In this document: in pieces, positions 38,523 through 48,882 of the stretch
Layout of the letters: each line of letters starts with the position of its first letter
Position numbering within the stretch: position 1 is the stretch's first letter
DNA from: Candidatus Sericytochromatia bacterium
GTDB lineage: Bacteria > Cyanobacteriota > Sericytochromatia > S15B-MN24 > VGJW01
Assembly (NCBI GenBank): GCA_035285865.1
Contig: JAYKHS010000014.1
Coordinates: 64,001 to 128,000, forward strand
Length of the DNA: 64,000 nucleotides
Direction: 5' to 3'
Notes under the pieces: generated by a model
What the model saw: only the letters and a program-made list of their open reading frames with translations
What the model was told of the DNA's origin: nothing
The model's database searches: none
Translations under genes and position numbers: made by a program

Positions 38523-39236
38523 ATGTCCAAGATCCTTGCCATCGCCAAGCGTGAACTGCGCAGCTATTTCGTTTCGCCTCTGGCGTACGTCGTCGCAGCC
38601 TTCTTCATGGCCGCCGTCGGCTTCCTGTTCTTCGCCATTCTGACGTCGACGCGCGAAGCCTCGATGCGGACGTTGTTCCAGAACATGGCCGTGGTCTTCC
38701 TGTTGCTCGTGCCGGCGCTGACGATGCGTCTGCTGGCCGAGGAACGGAAGTCCGGAACGATCGAGTTGCTGATGACCAGCCCCGTCACCGACGAGGCGAT
38801 CGTCTTCGGCAAGTATCTCGCGACGGTCACCTACCTCGTCTTCCTGATGGCCCTGACACTCATCTTCCCCCTGTCCCTGGTCGCCATAGGCGGCAAGCCC
38901 GAGTGGCCGCTCATCTGGACCGGCTATCTGGCAACGACGCTGATGGGTGCTTCGCTGATGGCGATCGGCCTGATGGCCAGTTCCTTCACCAACAACGTCA
39001 TCGTGTCGGCGCTCGTGGCCTTCGTCCTCTCGCTCATCATCTGGCTGCTGCCGGCCATCGGCGGGACCTTCGGTTCCCCGATCTCCGAGGCTTTCCAATA
39101 CATGAGCATCATCAGTCACCTCGAGAACATGGCGCGGGGGGTCATCGACTCCTCCGACCTGCTGTACTACCTGTCCGTCATCGGGACCTGCCTGCTGGTC
39201 ACGGTGCGGTCCGTCAACGTCTACCACTGGAGATAA
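38523..39236 (+). CDS. ABC transporter permease (GldF-like)
   Basis: IAKRELRSYFVSPLAY, PALTMRLLAEERKSGTIELL, GVIDSSDLLYY. Confidence 0.9.
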   Translation: MSKILAIAKRELRSYFVSPLAYVVAAFFMAAVGFLFFAILTSTREASMRTLFQNMAVVFLLLVPALTMRLLAEERKSGTIELLMTSPVTDEAIVFGKYLATVTYLVFLMALTLIFPLSLVAIGGKPEWPLIWTGYLATTLMGASLMAIGLMASSFTNNVIVSALVAFVLSLIIWLLPAIGGTFGSPISEAFQYMSIISHLENMARGVIDSSDLLYYLSVIGTCLLVTVRSVNVYHWR

Positions 39237-39241
39237 CGCCG

Positions 39242-40915
39242 ATGCAGACTTCCCCAAGTCCCGACGTCGAGCTCCAGGGATCTTCGTCCCGGATGCTTGA
39301 TCTCGCCATCAATGCCCTCGGCATCCTCGCCGTGCTGTGCATGGCGGGCAGCCTGATCATTTCCCGCTTCCTCGTCGACAAGGTGCCGGCCCAGACCGTC
39401 GGCTACCTGCAGAATGCCGGCTGGGCCTGCATCGGTCTCTACGTGCTCGGCATGGCGTGGCAGGGGCGAGATGCCATCAAGGCCTTCGTCTCGTCCGAGC
39501 GCGGCCAGTCCGGCAGCAACCTCGTGCTGCAGGTCCTGTTCGCCGTGCTGCTCGTGGGCTTCCTGAACTACCTCGGCACGCGCTACCACAAGCGATGGGA
39601 TTTCACCGAAAACAGGCAGTTCTCGCTCTCCGAGCAGACCGAGAAGATTCTGCGCGAGCTGCCCGGCAAGGTCACGCTCACGATGTTCGTGAGTCCGGCT
39701 GATCGTGCGCAGCAGGCCAACAAGGATCTGTTGGGCGAGTACGCTTATGCCGCTCCCGACAAGGTCGCCTTCAAGACCATCGACGCGGATCGTGATCCGA
39801 TCCAGGTGCGCAAGTACCTGCAGAGCCTCCCCGAGGCCCAGCGGTCCAAGGTTCTCGAGAACGGCACCATTCGCCTCGGTACCGTCGTCATCGAACATCA
39901 GGGCAACATCACCCCCATCACCGGCTTCAATGAGCAGGACTTCACGTCGGCCATCCTCAAGGCCACGCGGACCAGCCAGAAGACCATCTACTTCCTCGAT
40001 GGCCACGGTGAGCTCGACTACGACAACTTCGGTGCCGAGGGCATGACGCAGGTCAAGCAGTCTCTCGAGAAGCAGAACTACCGCATCGACCGTCTGCGCA
40101 TCGACACCCGCAAGGGTATCCCCGCCGACGCTGCGGCCCTGGTCGTTTCCGCCCCCAAGACGCCCTTTGCCAAGGAAGAGATTGCCAGCCTCGATGCCTA
40201 CATCGGCAAGGGCGGCAAGGTGTTGCTGAACCTGCGGCCGGGCGTGAACACCGCGCTTGAGCCTTGGCTCAAGGACTCGTTCGGCGTCAAGCCGGAGTCC
40301 GTGCTGGTCGTGGAGGAGAATCTGGCCAACACGATGGGCTACCAGCCCACGCTGCCCGCCGTAGTCAAGTACGAATTCCACGCCGTCACGCAGTCCTTCA
40401 GCAACTACCGCATCGTGACGGTCTTCCCGGAGTCCGGGGCCTTCACCGTCGCGGACAAGAAGCCTGAGGGCGTCACGGTCGACGTGCTCGCCAAGACTTC
40501 ATCCGAGGCCAAGGGCGTGCCGCTCAAGAACGGCAACCTTGCCGACGGCGAGCACCTGAAGGGTCCGCTCAACCTCGCGGTAGCGGTGTCCCGCAAGCTG
40601 CCCGGCGTCGAGGATGCGAGCGCATCCGTCAAGGTCGACCGCAACGGTCGCTTGATCGTGATGGCCGCACCCTACTTTGCGGTGAACGGTCTTCTCCAGC
40701 GCAACGCCAGCGTTGGCAACAGCGACTTCCTGCTGTCGGGCCTGAACTGGCTGGCCGAGGACGAAACGCTGGTCTCCATCTCGCCCAAGAGTCAGGAGAG
40801 CCGGACCGTCACCCTGCTGGGCTCGACCCAGCAGTCCCTGTTCTACGGAACGGTCGTCCTGCCCCCGCTGGCGCTGCTCGTACTGGGTGGTGTCGTGTGG
40901 TGGCGGAGGAGGTAA
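39242..40915 (+). CDS. GldG-like ABC auxiliary component
   Basis: RWDFTENRQFSLSEQT, EQDFTSAI, IYFLDGHGE, N.DFLL..LNWL, C-terminal TM plus WWRRR. Confidence 0.88.
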   Translation: MQTSPSPDVELQGSSSRMLDLAINALGILAVLCMAGSLIISRFLVDKVPAQTVGYLQNAGWACIGLYVLGMAWQGRDAIKAFVSSERGQSGSNLVLQVLFAVLLVGFLNYLGTRYHKRWDFTENRQFSLSEQTEKILRELPGKVTLTMFVSPADRAQQANKDLLGEYAYAAPDKVAFKTIDADRDPIQVRKYLQSLPEAQRSKVLENGTIRLGTVVIEHQGNITPITGFNEQDFTSAILKATRTSQKTIYFLDGHGELDYDNFGAEGMTQVKQSLEKQNYRIDRLRIDTRKGIPADAAALVVSAPKTPFAKEEIASLDAYIGKGGKVLLNLRPGVNTALEPWLKDSFGVKPESVLVVEENLANTMGYQPTLPAVVKYEFHAVTQSFSNYRIVTVFPESGAFTVADKKPEGVTVDVLAKTSSEAKGVPLKNGNLADGEHLKGPLNLAVAVSRKLPGVEDASASVKVDRNGRLIVMAAPYFAVNGLLQRNASVGNSDFLLSGLNWLAEDETLVSISPKSQESRTVTLLGSTQQSLFYGTVVLPPLALLVLGGVVWWRRR

Positions 40916-40919
40916 GTTC

Positions 40920-41597
40920 ATGCAACGTTGGCGCAATACGCTCCTGCTCGGAGCACTCACGGCCGGCATCGCCGCCTATGTCTTCCTCGTGGAGAACAAG
41001 CGCGACTACACGCCGGGGCAGGAGGAGACCGTGGCGGTCTGGACGCTGTCCGATCGTCAGATGGAGGATATCCGGACCATCGAGGTCGTGGCTGGTGGCA
41101 AGTCCGTCCGTTACGTCCGCAAGGATCCCGTGCCGACTCCAAAGCCCAGCGCGGACGTCACGCCCGACCCCTTGGCCACGCCGCCGCAGGCCACCTGGCA
41201 TCAGGAGGGCAAGCTTGACCGCGGCCTGACCTACGAGTGGGACAACGCCTATACGGACATCAAGCGTCCTGTCGCGGTCCGGGTCGTCGACGAGGCACCC
41301 AAGGATCTGACCGAGTACGAACTGGGCTCTCCCAGCGTGGAGGTCCGTCTCCTGGATGCCAAAGGCAAGGTGGCGCGCGGTCTGCAGTTCGGCAAGAAGG
41401 CCATCTCGGGCCAGGGCAACTACGTCAAGGCCGAGGGCGAGCCCAAGGTCTATCTGATTGCCTCGCACAAGCTGGACTCTGTCCGCAAGCTGGTGGAGCA
41501 GCCGCCCGTGGCCTCGCCTGCACCGACTCCCGTGCCGACCCCGACCGCCTCGGCCTCTGCGGTGCCCGCCGCGACCACCGCGCCGGCCACCAAGTAG
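40920..41597 (+). CDS. DUF4340-like protein
   Basis: N-terminal TM, DLTEYEL..P, LQFGK..ISG..YVK....VYLI; usual fourth gene of gldAFG-like operons. Confidence 0.7.
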   Translation: MQRWRNTLLLGALTAGIAAYVFLVENKRDYTPGQEETVAVWTLSDRQMEDIRTIEVVAGGKSVRYVRKDPVPTPKPSADVTPDPLATPPQATWHQEGKLDRGLTYEWDNAYTDIKRPVAVRVVDEAPKDLTEYELGSPSVEVRLLDAKGKVARGLQFGKKAISGQGNYVKAEGEPKVYLIASHKLDSVRKLVEQPPVASPAPTPVPTPTASASAVPAATTAPATK

Positions 41598-41616
41598 CAC
41601 CAGGCGCTGCAAGGCT

Positions 41617-41651
41617 CGAAGCCCTCTCCGCAAGCTGCGGAGGGGGCTTCG
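41617..41651 (+). terminator. stem-loop after the ABC operon
   Basis: CGAAGCCCTCTCCGCA-AGC-TGCGGAGGGGGCTTCG. Confidence 0.6.
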
Positions 41652-41746
41652 TCACAACTTAACCTCGGCTTCAGGGGGGCACAAGAATCCCGCTGCTCGC
41701 GTGGGCGACAAGAAGGACATCACCCCTCCCCAAAGAGGAACCGAAG

Positions 41747-42778
41747 ATGTCGAAGCTCTGGACCCTGCTGCCCCTCGCGGCCGTCGCCCTTGTGGGCTGT
41801 GGCACGGCGAATCAGGTGGCCCCCAGCCGCTACGCCTATGCGCAGACGTATGCTGCGGCCCCCGTCGCCCAGACCGCCGGTATTCGTCTGGTGCTGAGCG
41901 AGGCTTCGGCCTATCGGACACAGGCCACCGTCGCCGAGGTCGCGTCGATTCGTCTGACCGTCACCCCTGCCTCCGGGGCTCCTGCGACCAAGACCGTGGC
42001 CAAGGGCGCGGATCTCGCGATGGACAACCTGACGCCCGGCAAGGCCGCCCTCAAGGTCGAGGCGCTCGATGCAGCCGCTCAGACCATTGGTGTCGTCGAG
42101 CAGGGCAACGTCGACCTGGTAGCAGGCCAGACGACGACCGTCAAGCTGACCCTCAAGTTGCAGCCGACCGTGGTTTCCGCGGCCGGGCTCGGCGTCGACC
42201 TGACTTTGGTTGATGGCGACGTCGTCTACACCCAGCCTTCCCCCGCACCCTCCACCAGCCCGACGACCCCGCCTGTCGGCGGCAATCTGCTGGACGAGGG
42301 CTTCGAGAACGGTCTTGGAGGCTTCACCGCCGCCTATGCCAAGCCTGCCTACCTCACGGACGTCACCGCCGGCACGGGCTGGAACAGTGCCGCCGCTGCC
42401 GCCCAGGTCGGCGCCAAGGGCGCGACGGCTGGTGGTGCCGATGGCAAGGTGACGGCTCCCGGTGCCTACACCCTGACGCTGACGGGTGCGCTCAATACCA
42501 GCAGTCTGGCCGCCCCCAAGATCAGCTTTGCTTACGGCAAATTCACGAAGCAGTACTACTTCAAGACCGCGACGTTCGCTGTCGAGGCCTCCACTGACAA
42601 CGGCGCCACCTGGACTGCAGTCTGGTCCGCCCCTGCCACCCAGCCCGCCTGGACCGCCGTGACGGCCGATCTGCCCCGTGCCGCTGCCGTCAAGATTCGG
42701 TTCAACTTCACGTATGACTACTACCTCGGCACCGATGGATTCGATGCCCCGGTACTCGATGCGGTGGTCGTGAAGTAG
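41747..42778 (+). CDS. secreted lipoprotein with beta-rich domains
   Basis: lipobox LVGC; LLDEGFENG and VEASTDNGATW in a C-terminal beta-sandwich-like region. Confidence 0.8.
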   Translation: MSKLWTLLPLAAVALVGCGTANQVAPSRYAYAQTYAAAPVAQTAGIRLVLSEASAYRTQATVAEVASIRLTVTPASGAPATKTVAKGADLAMDNLTPGKAALKVEALDAAAQTIGVVEQGNVDLVAGQTTTVKLTLKLQPTVVSAAGLGVDLTLVDGDVVYTQPSPAPSTSPTTPPVGGNLLDEGFENGLGGFTAAYAKPAYLTDVTAGTGWNSAAAAAQVGAKGATAGGADGKVTAPGAYTLTLTGALNTSSLAAPKISFAYGKFTKQYYFKTATFAVEASTDNGATWTAVWSAPATQPAWTAVTADLPRAAAVKIRFNFTYDYYLGTDGFDAPVLDAVVVK

Positions 42779-42796
42779 GCGACGTTACCCCCAAGC

Positions 42797-42831
42797 GAAT
42801 GCGGCCTCCCTACCCCCGGGAGGCCGCATTC
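42797..42831. terminator. hairpin between convergent genes
   Basis: GAATGCGGCCTCCC...GGGAGGCCGCATTC perfect 14-bp stem. Confidence 0.75.
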
Positions 42832-42853
42832 CTTCGTCGACTTGGCCGGTGGT

Positions 42854-44068
42854 TCAGCGCAGCGGCCTGCCCCAGACGTGCACCAACTGGCTCGAGCGTC
42901 CCGCCATCACGGTGAACACAAGGCTGCCGTCCTCGCCCAGGAACGAGGGGCCGCTGGGCTCGGCGGCGCCGCCGATGGCGAGGACTTCCGTCAGGGCGCC
43001 GTCCTTGCCGAGACGCAGGATCTGGTTGTCCCCGTACCGATCATAGTTGTCCTGATTCTGGTCCTCGCAGATGTAGAGCCGACCCTTGCGGTCGAAGGCA
43101 AGGTTGTCCGGATTGGCCAATTGTTTGCCATCGCCCTCGACCACCGTGCGCAGGTCAAGCGTTCGTGGGTCGAGACGACGGACCCGACCGTAAGGGTCGC
43201 CCTTTTCGGGCAGGCCGGTCTCGGCGAACCAGACGGCCTTGTCCGGGCCTATTTGCACGTCCTCGAGCCGTTGGAACAGCGTTGCACCTTTGCGGGTTGC
43301 TTCGAAGGATGCGTTGCCCGGGTCCAAGAGCGGAAGCCATCGCTTCCTTGCCACATCCAGGGCCTCGAGTCGTCCCTCCGAGAGGTCGCGGGCACGCTTG
43401 GCCGTGAAGCGATACAGGTGACCGTCCTGATCGTCCTCCGTCAGGTAGACCGTTCGGTCGTCCGCCACGGCCGCGGCCTCGTGGCTGAATCGCCCCATGG
43501 CCTTGCGCGTCCTGATGCGGTTTGCAGGATTCTCTGCACGGGGGTCGATCTCCTGGATCCAGCCATGCGCCATGATCGGGGAATCCGCAGGGTAAGGGGG
43601 CTGGCCCAGCAGCGCGCGCTGGCCCTCCGGTACGGCAAGGCTCGGATACTCCTCTCCGGAGAGGACCGTGCCCCAGGGTGTCACACCGCCGGCACAGTTG
43701 TTGTGCATTCCCTGAGCCCAGCGTTGGCCGCCCGTCACGACGAAGTCGAGGCCCTCTGCCGCGCGGGTCCTGCGGACCTCGAGACGCGTGAAGGCACCCC
43801 CGATGCCGCCTTCGGCGCCGGCACGGATCTCGTGTCCGACCATAAGGAATCCCGATCCGCCCTTGCCCGGGAACCATGCCGTCAGGTCATTCTTGGGCAG
43901 ATAGGACGTACCATCCGAGAGCGTCGTGCCCGCCACGAGGACGACCCGCTGGTCGAGACCCGGCATCAGACGCGAGACCAGGCTGCGCGGGCCTTGGGCC
44001 TCCGCGGCCAGCGGAGCTGCGAGCAGGGGCAGCGCACTGGCCAGCAGCACGTGGATGGGATACTTCAT
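42854..44068 (-). CDS. phoX: PhoX-family (DUF839) alkaline phosphatase
   Basis: VGHE, NCAGGVTPWGTVLSGEE, MGRFSHEA, YLTED, NPDNL, ICEDQ, AEPSGP. Confidence 0.82.
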   Translation of the reverse strand: MKYPIHVLLASALPLLAAPLAAEAQGPRSLVSRLMPGLDQRVVLVAGTTLSDGTSYLPKNDLTAWFPGKGGSGFLMVGHEIRAGAEGGIGGAFTRLEVRRTRAAEGLDFVVTGGQRWAQGMHNNCAGGVTPWGTVLSGEEYPSLAVPEGQRALLGQPPYPADSPIMAHGWIQEIDPRAENPANRIRTRKAMGRFSHEAAAVADDRTVYLTEDDQDGHLYRFTAKRARDLSEGRLEALDVARKRWLPLLDPGNASFEATRKGATLFQRLEDVQIGPDKAVWFAETGLPEKGDPYGRVRRLDPRTLDLRTVVEGDGKQLANPDNLAFDRKGRLYICEDQNQDNYDRYGDNQILRLGKDGALTEVLAIGGAAEPSGPSFLGEDGSLVFTVMAGRSSQLVHVWGRPLR

Positions 44069-45288
44069 GGCCGGTCTTCCTTTCGATGGTCCGTTCCCTG
44101 TCCCGCAACCAGTGTCACGAGGCGATCGAGCGGCAGCGCGTGGGCGAGGTGACCATCACGACCCCGTGTGGTCTTCGCCATGCAAAGCGCGTTGAGAATG
44201 GCTTCCTCGACAGCCTCGACGGCCGGCATGAACAGGGCGTCCGCGGCGGCGGGGTGCAAACGCTCGACCTTGAGCAGCGGTGGATCCGGCATATCCATCG
44301 GGATTTCCGTGCCCGTGGAGAAAGCCAGCACCAGATCCCCGGACGAATGGTGCGCAGGTGCTCCGGTCCGGGCGATGCCAAGCGTGGCGCGGCGCGCGAG
44401 GCGCTGCAGTTGCTGGGCATCCATCGGGGCATCCGTAGCCAGGACGACGATGATGGACCCTTCGCTGGGTCGACGTACGGGCATCAGATCGCGGATGGCC
44501 TTGCCGACGGCGATGCCGGCGACCGTCAGTTCCGGTCTGCGCCCCATGTTCGTGTTGACGAGGGCACCCACCGTATAGCGGACACTGCCGAGGCTCGCCA
44601 CGCGGGAGGCCGTGCCGATACCCCCCTTGAACCCGTAGGACATCATCCCGGTCCCGGCCCCGACAGCTCCCTCGGCGACCGGGCCACCCTTGGCCCCGTC
44701 CAGGGCTGCGGCAACATCCGCGCTCGTCGCGTGACGTCCCAACTGGTCGTTCAGGAAACCGTCGTCGCACTCGGCGACCACAGGCAGCACCACATCCTCG
44801 TCCCGCCCCATGCCGGGGAAGCGTCGCGCCATCCAGTCGACGACGCCATCCGTGACCTTGCCGACCGAGAGGGTGTCCGTCAGGACGATGGGAGTCTCGA
44901 GCCAGCCGGACTCGCGGATCCAGTGCGTGCCCGTCATCTCCCCGTTGCCGTTGAGCACGTCCACGGCTGCGGGCAGCTTGCGATGCCACGGGTCGGGTCG
45001 CGGCATGATGGCCGTGATGCCGGTGCGGACCGGACCCTTGCCCGGCACGAGGCGGCCCTCGCCCCGGACCAGCGTGACATGACCGACCAGGACACCCGGG
45101 ACGTCCGTCAGCGCATTGAATGGCCCGGTCGGATGGCTGCCGATGACGATGCCCAAGTCACGCAGGCGTGCTCGCGGGGCCTCTGATGGCGTGGGTTCGG
45201 GGGATGGGGATGCAGCACCGGGCAGGGCGGAGAAGAGCGCGGCCCATGTGAGGCTTCCGGCCAGCAGGACGGAGCTGAATCGGGTCAC
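44065..45288 (-). CDS. DmpA/P1-family (Ntn) aminopeptidase with signal peptide
   Basis: NALTDVPGVLVGH, NGNGEMTG, PVVAECDDGFLND, GAGTGM, KGGIGTASR, GSIIVVLATDAP. Confidence 0.9.
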   Translation of the reverse strand: MTRFSSVLLAGSLTWAALFSALPGAASPSPEPTPSEAPRARLRDLGIVIGSHPTGPFNALTDVPGVLVGHVTLVRGEGRLVPGKGPVRTGITAIMPRPDPWHRKLPAAVDVLNGNGEMTGTHWIRESGWLETPIVLTDTLSVGKVTDGVVDWMARRFPGMGRDEDVVLPVVAECDDGFLNDQLGRHATSADVAAALDGAKGGPVAEGAVGAGTGMMSYGFKGGIGTASRVASLGSVRYTVGALVNTNMGRRPELTVAGIAVGKAIRDLMPVRRPSEGSIIVVLATDAPMDAQQLQRLARRATLGIARTGAPAHHSSGDLVLAFSTGTEIPMDMPDPPLLKVERLHPAAADALFMPAVEAVEEAILNALCMAKTTRGRDGHLAHALPLDRLVTLVAGQGTDHRKEDRP

Positions 45289-46292
45289 AGGTATTTCCTC
45301 CAGCGGAACAGGCCGAGGATCACGCCCGTCACGGCCAGCATCAGCGCCAACGCCCAAGGATAGCCGAAGGTCCAGTGCAGTTCAGGCATGCGATCGAAGT
45401 TCATACCGTAGATGCCGGCGATGAGCGTGGCCGTCATCAGGGCCGTGGAGAGCGCCGTCAAGCGCTTCATGGTGTCGTTGGTCCGGTTGGCGAGCATCGA
45501 GAGGTGCGCGTCCTGGACTCCCATGGCGAGGTCCCGGAAGAGATCCATATGGTCGGCGAGGCGCACCAGATGGTCGTAGACATCCTGCAGGTGGGTCTGG
45601 GTGTTGCGGCTGACCTCGGCACCCTCGCGCCGGATGAAGAGTAGCACGGCGTCCCTGAGGGGACCTACGAGACGTCGCAGGGCCAGCAATTCGCGCTTGA
45701 GCCGGAAGACGCGCACCAGCAGGCGCTCGTCCGTGCGGACGAAGACCTCTTCGTCCAGGTCGGCGAGCCTGTCTTCGAAGTGGTCCAGGACGGGGAAGTA
45801 GGCGTCGACGACGGTGTCCAGCAGCATGTAGGCGAGATGCGGCATGCCGTTCGGCAGGGCATCCGGGCTCACGGCCCAGCGCCCCCGGACCTCGTCCATG
45901 ACGGAAAGTGCACCCTGGTGCGTCGTGATGAGCCAACCCGGCCCGATGAAGGTCTCAATCTCCCCCAGTTGGACCCGGTCGCGCGCCGAATCGATGGCCC
46001 TTGGGTGGTGCATCACCATGAAGACGTGTCCGTCGTAGACCTCGAACTTGGGTCTCTGACCCACGTGGAGGCAGTCCTCGATGGCGAGGCCGTGCAGGTT
46101 GAAGGTCGTGGCGAGGGCCTCGAGCACCTCGCGTGTCGGGTGGGACAAGTCCAGCCAGAGCAGGTGGTCAGGCCCGAGCGGCCAGGAGGTCTCCGCGCTC
46201 AAGGCGTCGGCATCGAGGCGGTGCACGCCTCGGGCATCCCGTACCCAAGCGGCAACCCCCTCCCGGGCGAGTACCTGGGAAGGGGTCAACAT
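45285..46292 (-). CDS. corA: magnesium/cobalt transporter CorA
   Basis: LAIEDC..QRPK.E.Y, DVYDH, IAGIYGMNF, MPELHW.FGYP. Confidence 0.93.
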   Translation of the reverse strand: MLTPSQVLAREGVAAWVRDARGVHRLDADALSAETSWPLGPDHLLWLDLSHPTREVLEALATTFNLHGLAIEDCLHVGQRPKFEVYDGHVFMVMHHPRAIDSARDRVQLGEIETFIGPGWLITTHQGALSVMDEVRGRWAVSPDALPNGMPHLAYMLLDTVVDAYFPVLDHFEDRLADLDEEVFVRTDERLLVRVFRLKRELLALRRLVGPLRDAVLLFIRREGAEVSRNTQTHLQDVYDHLVRLADHMDLFRDLAMGVQDAHLSMLANRTNDTMKRLTALSTALMTATLIAGIYGMNFDRMPELHWTFGYPWALALMLAVTGVILGLFRWRKYL

Positions 46293-46314
46293 GGAACGCG
46301 GTGCGGTTGGCGCG

Positions 46315-47214
46315 TCAGCGGGTCGCTGCCGCAGGAAGGCGCCCCTTCTCGCGAAGGGTCTTCTCGACCAGCTCGCCGACCTCGTCGGTGGTTGCGGCGA
46401 CCTTGACCCCGGCTGCCTCGAGGGCGTCCACCTTGGCCTGCGCCGTGCCCTTGTTGCCCGAGACGATGGCGCCGGCGTGGCCCATCCGCTTGCCCGGGGG
46501 GGCGGTACGGCCCGAGATGAAGCCGATGACGGGCTTGGTCATCGACTTGATGTAGGCTGCGGCAGTCTCTTCGTCCGAGCCGCCGATCTCGCCGGCCAGC
46601 ACGCAGATCTCGGTGGTCGGATCGTTCTCGAAGGCCTTCATGACGTCGATGAACGGAGTGCCGATGATGGGGTCGCCGCCGATGCCCACCACCGTCGACT
46701 GGCCAAGCCCGCGATCCGACAGGTTCTTGGCGACTTCGTAGGTCAGCGTGCCCGACCGCGAAACCATGCCGACGATGCCAGGCTTGAAGATGTGACCGGG
46801 CATGATGCCCATCTTGCACTCGCCCGGCGTGATGAGACCGGGACAGTTGGGACCGATCAGGCGCGTCTCGCTGTGGCGCAGGATCTCGTAAACGCGGACC
46901 ATGTCGTGGGTCGGCACGCCCTCGGTGATGCAGACGACGAGCGGCACGCCCGCGTCCACGGCTTCGAGGATGGCATCCGCGGCGCCGGCAGGCGGCACGA
47001 AGATGATGGATGCATCAGCCCCCGTGGCGTTGCGGGCCTGGCCGACGGTATCGAACATGGGCACGCCCAACTCTGTCGTTCCACCCTTGCCCGGGGTCAC
47101 GCCACCGACGATGGTCGTCCCGTACGCCAGCATCTGCTCGGAGTGGAAGCGCCCTTCGCGGCCCGTAAGGCCCTGGACGATGACGCGGGTATCGCGGTTG
47201 ATGAAGATACTCAT
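46315..47214 (-). CDS. sucD: succinyl-CoA synthetase alpha subunit
   Basis: [39 protein letters not shown]. Confidence 0.97.
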   Translation of the reverse strand: MSIFINRDTRVIVQGLTGREGRFHSEQMLAYGTTIVGGVTPGKGGTTELGVPMFDTVGQARNATGADASIIFVPPAGAADAILEAVDAGVPLVVCITEGVPTHDMVRVYEILRHSETRLIGPNCPGLITPGECKMGIMPGHIFKPGIVGMVSRSGTLTYEVAKNLSDRGLGQSTVVGIGGDPIIGTPFIDVMKAFENDPTTEICVLAGEIGGSDEETAAAYIKSMTKPVIGFISGRTAPPGKRMGHAGAIVSGNKGTAQAKVDALEAAGVKVAATTDEVGELVEKTLREKGRLPAAATR

Positions 47215-47237
47215 TGGACTGACGTCTCCCGGCGACC

Positions 47238-48389
47238 TTAACGGGCGCCTGCGTAGGCGAGTTCGACGACCTTGGCGGCGGCTTCACGCATCGAGCCAGC
47301 CGGGACGAGATTCAGGCCGGACTCGGCCAGCAGCTTCTTGCCTTCTTCGACCGAGGTGCCCTCGAGCCGAACGACCACGGGGACCTTGATGTCCAGCTTG
47401 CCGGCCGCGTCGATGACGCCCTTGGCGACTTCGTCGCACCGCGTGATGCCGCCGAAGATGTTGATGACCACACCCCGCACCTTGGGCTCGAGCAGCACCA
47501 CCTCGAGTGCGTTGCGGACAACCTCGGCCTTGGCGCCGCCGCCGATGTCCAAGAAGTTGGCGGCCTTGCCGCCTTCGCGGGCCACGACGTCCAGGCTGGT
47601 CATGACCAGGCCCGCTCCGTTGCCGATGATGCCGATGTCCCCGTCGAGGTGGACGTAGGTCAGGCCGCGTCGACGCGCCTCCTCCTCGATGGGGTCGTTC
47701 TCCTCGGACTCCTGCAGGGCCGCGAGAGCCTTCTGGCGGTACAGGGCGTTCTCGTCGATGTCCATCTTGGCGTCGGCGGCGATGAGTACGCCGTCCTTGG
47801 TGATGACGAGGGGGTTGATTTCGGCGAGCGTCGCGTCGGACTGGGTGATGGCCTGGTAGAGGGCCTTCAGGAAGACGGCGATCTCCTTGACCTTGTCCTT
47901 GGGCAGGCCGGCACCGAAACAGAGGTGGCGAACCTGATAGTCCGTGAGGCCCAGAGCCGGGTTGATGGTGCAGCGGGCAATCTTGTCGGGCGTACGCTCG
48001 GCGACTTCCTCGATGTCCATGCCGCCCTCGGCGCTGACCATGACGACGATGCGCTTGGTGTCGCGATCGAGAATCATGCCGAGATAGATTTCCTTGTCGA
48101 TGGCGATGCCTTCCTCGACGAGGACCTTGTGGACCGTCAGGCCCTTGATGTCCATGCCGAGAATCTGGCTGCCCATCTGGCGTGCCTCGTCCGGGGTCTT
48201 GGCCAGCTTGACGCCACCGGCCTTGCCGCGACCGCCCACATGGACCTGGGCCTTGACGACGCAGAGGCCGCCGCCCAACTCGGCGGCGACTGCCGCGCAC
48301 TCATCGGGGGTGGTTGCAACCCGACCGCGAGGAATGGGCACGCCATGGCTGGCAAGGACCTGCTTGGCCTGGAACTCGTGGATCTTCAT
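47238..48389 (-). CDS. sucC: succinyl-CoA synthetase beta subunit
   Basis: [54 protein letters not shown]. Confidence 0.97.
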   Translation of the reverse strand: MKIHEFQAKQVLASHGVPIPRGRVATTPDECAAVAAELGGGLCVVKAQVHVGGRGKAGGVKLAKTPDEARQMGSQILGMDIKGLTVHKVLVEEGIAIDKEIYLGMILDRDTKRIVVMVSAEGGMDIEEVAERTPDKIARCTINPALGLTDYQVRHLCFGAGLPKDKVKEIAVFLKALYQAITQSDATLAEINPLVITKDGVLIAADAKMDIDENALYRQKALAALQESEENDPIEEEARRRGLTYVHLDGDIGIIGNGAGLVMTSLDVVAREGGKAANFLDIGGGAKAEVVRNALEVVLLEPKVRGVVINIFGGITRCDEVAKGVIDAAGKLDIKVPVVVRLEGTSVEEGKKLLAESGLNLVPAGSMREAAAKVVELAYAGAR

Positions 48390-48432
48390 CGGTCAGGACG
48401 CCCTCCTCGGCATCACTTGGCCAGGGAACGCT

Positions 48433-48882
48433 TCATGATACGCCATGGCTGGCTTCATCGGGGCGTTCCGACACTTCGAGCAGAACCCCTCCCGTGGCCT
48501 TGGGATGCACGAAACCGATGCGTGCACCCTCGGCACCAAGCCGCGGGGCAGCGTCGATCAGCCGGATCCCGGATGCCGCAAGGTGCTCGAGCATCGGCCC
48601 GCAACCGTCGACGCGCATGGCTACGTGGTGGATGCCCTCGCCGCGTGTGTCGAGGAATTTGCGGATCGGGCTGTCCTCGGCCGTGGGTTCGAGCAGCTCG
48701 ATGCGGTTGGGCCCTGCCAGCAGCACGGCGACACGTACCTTCTGATCGGGAACGTCCTCGAATCCGACGAACGCCAGGCCGAGCACGTCCCGCCAGAAGG
48801 GCAGGGCCTGCTCCAGACTGCGCACCGCGATGCCCAGATGGTCGATATGTCGCGGGGCAGGCACGCTCTCGGCGGGCATCAC
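48433..48882 (-). CDS. mce: methylmalonyl-CoA epimerase
   Basis: [35 protein letters not shown]. Confidence 0.92.
   Translation of the reverse strand: MMPAESVPAPRHIDHLGIAVRSLEQALPFWRDVLGLAFVGFEDVPDQKVRVAVLLAGPNRIELLEPTAEDSPIRKFLDTRGEGIHHVAMRVDGCGPMLEHLAASGIRLIDAAPRLGAEGARIGFVHPKATGGVLLEVSERPDEASHGVS

Noticed and set aside
37508..41597. Gliding motility system
   Set aside because: GldAFG-like ABC operons are widespread; no other gliding or T9SS genes here
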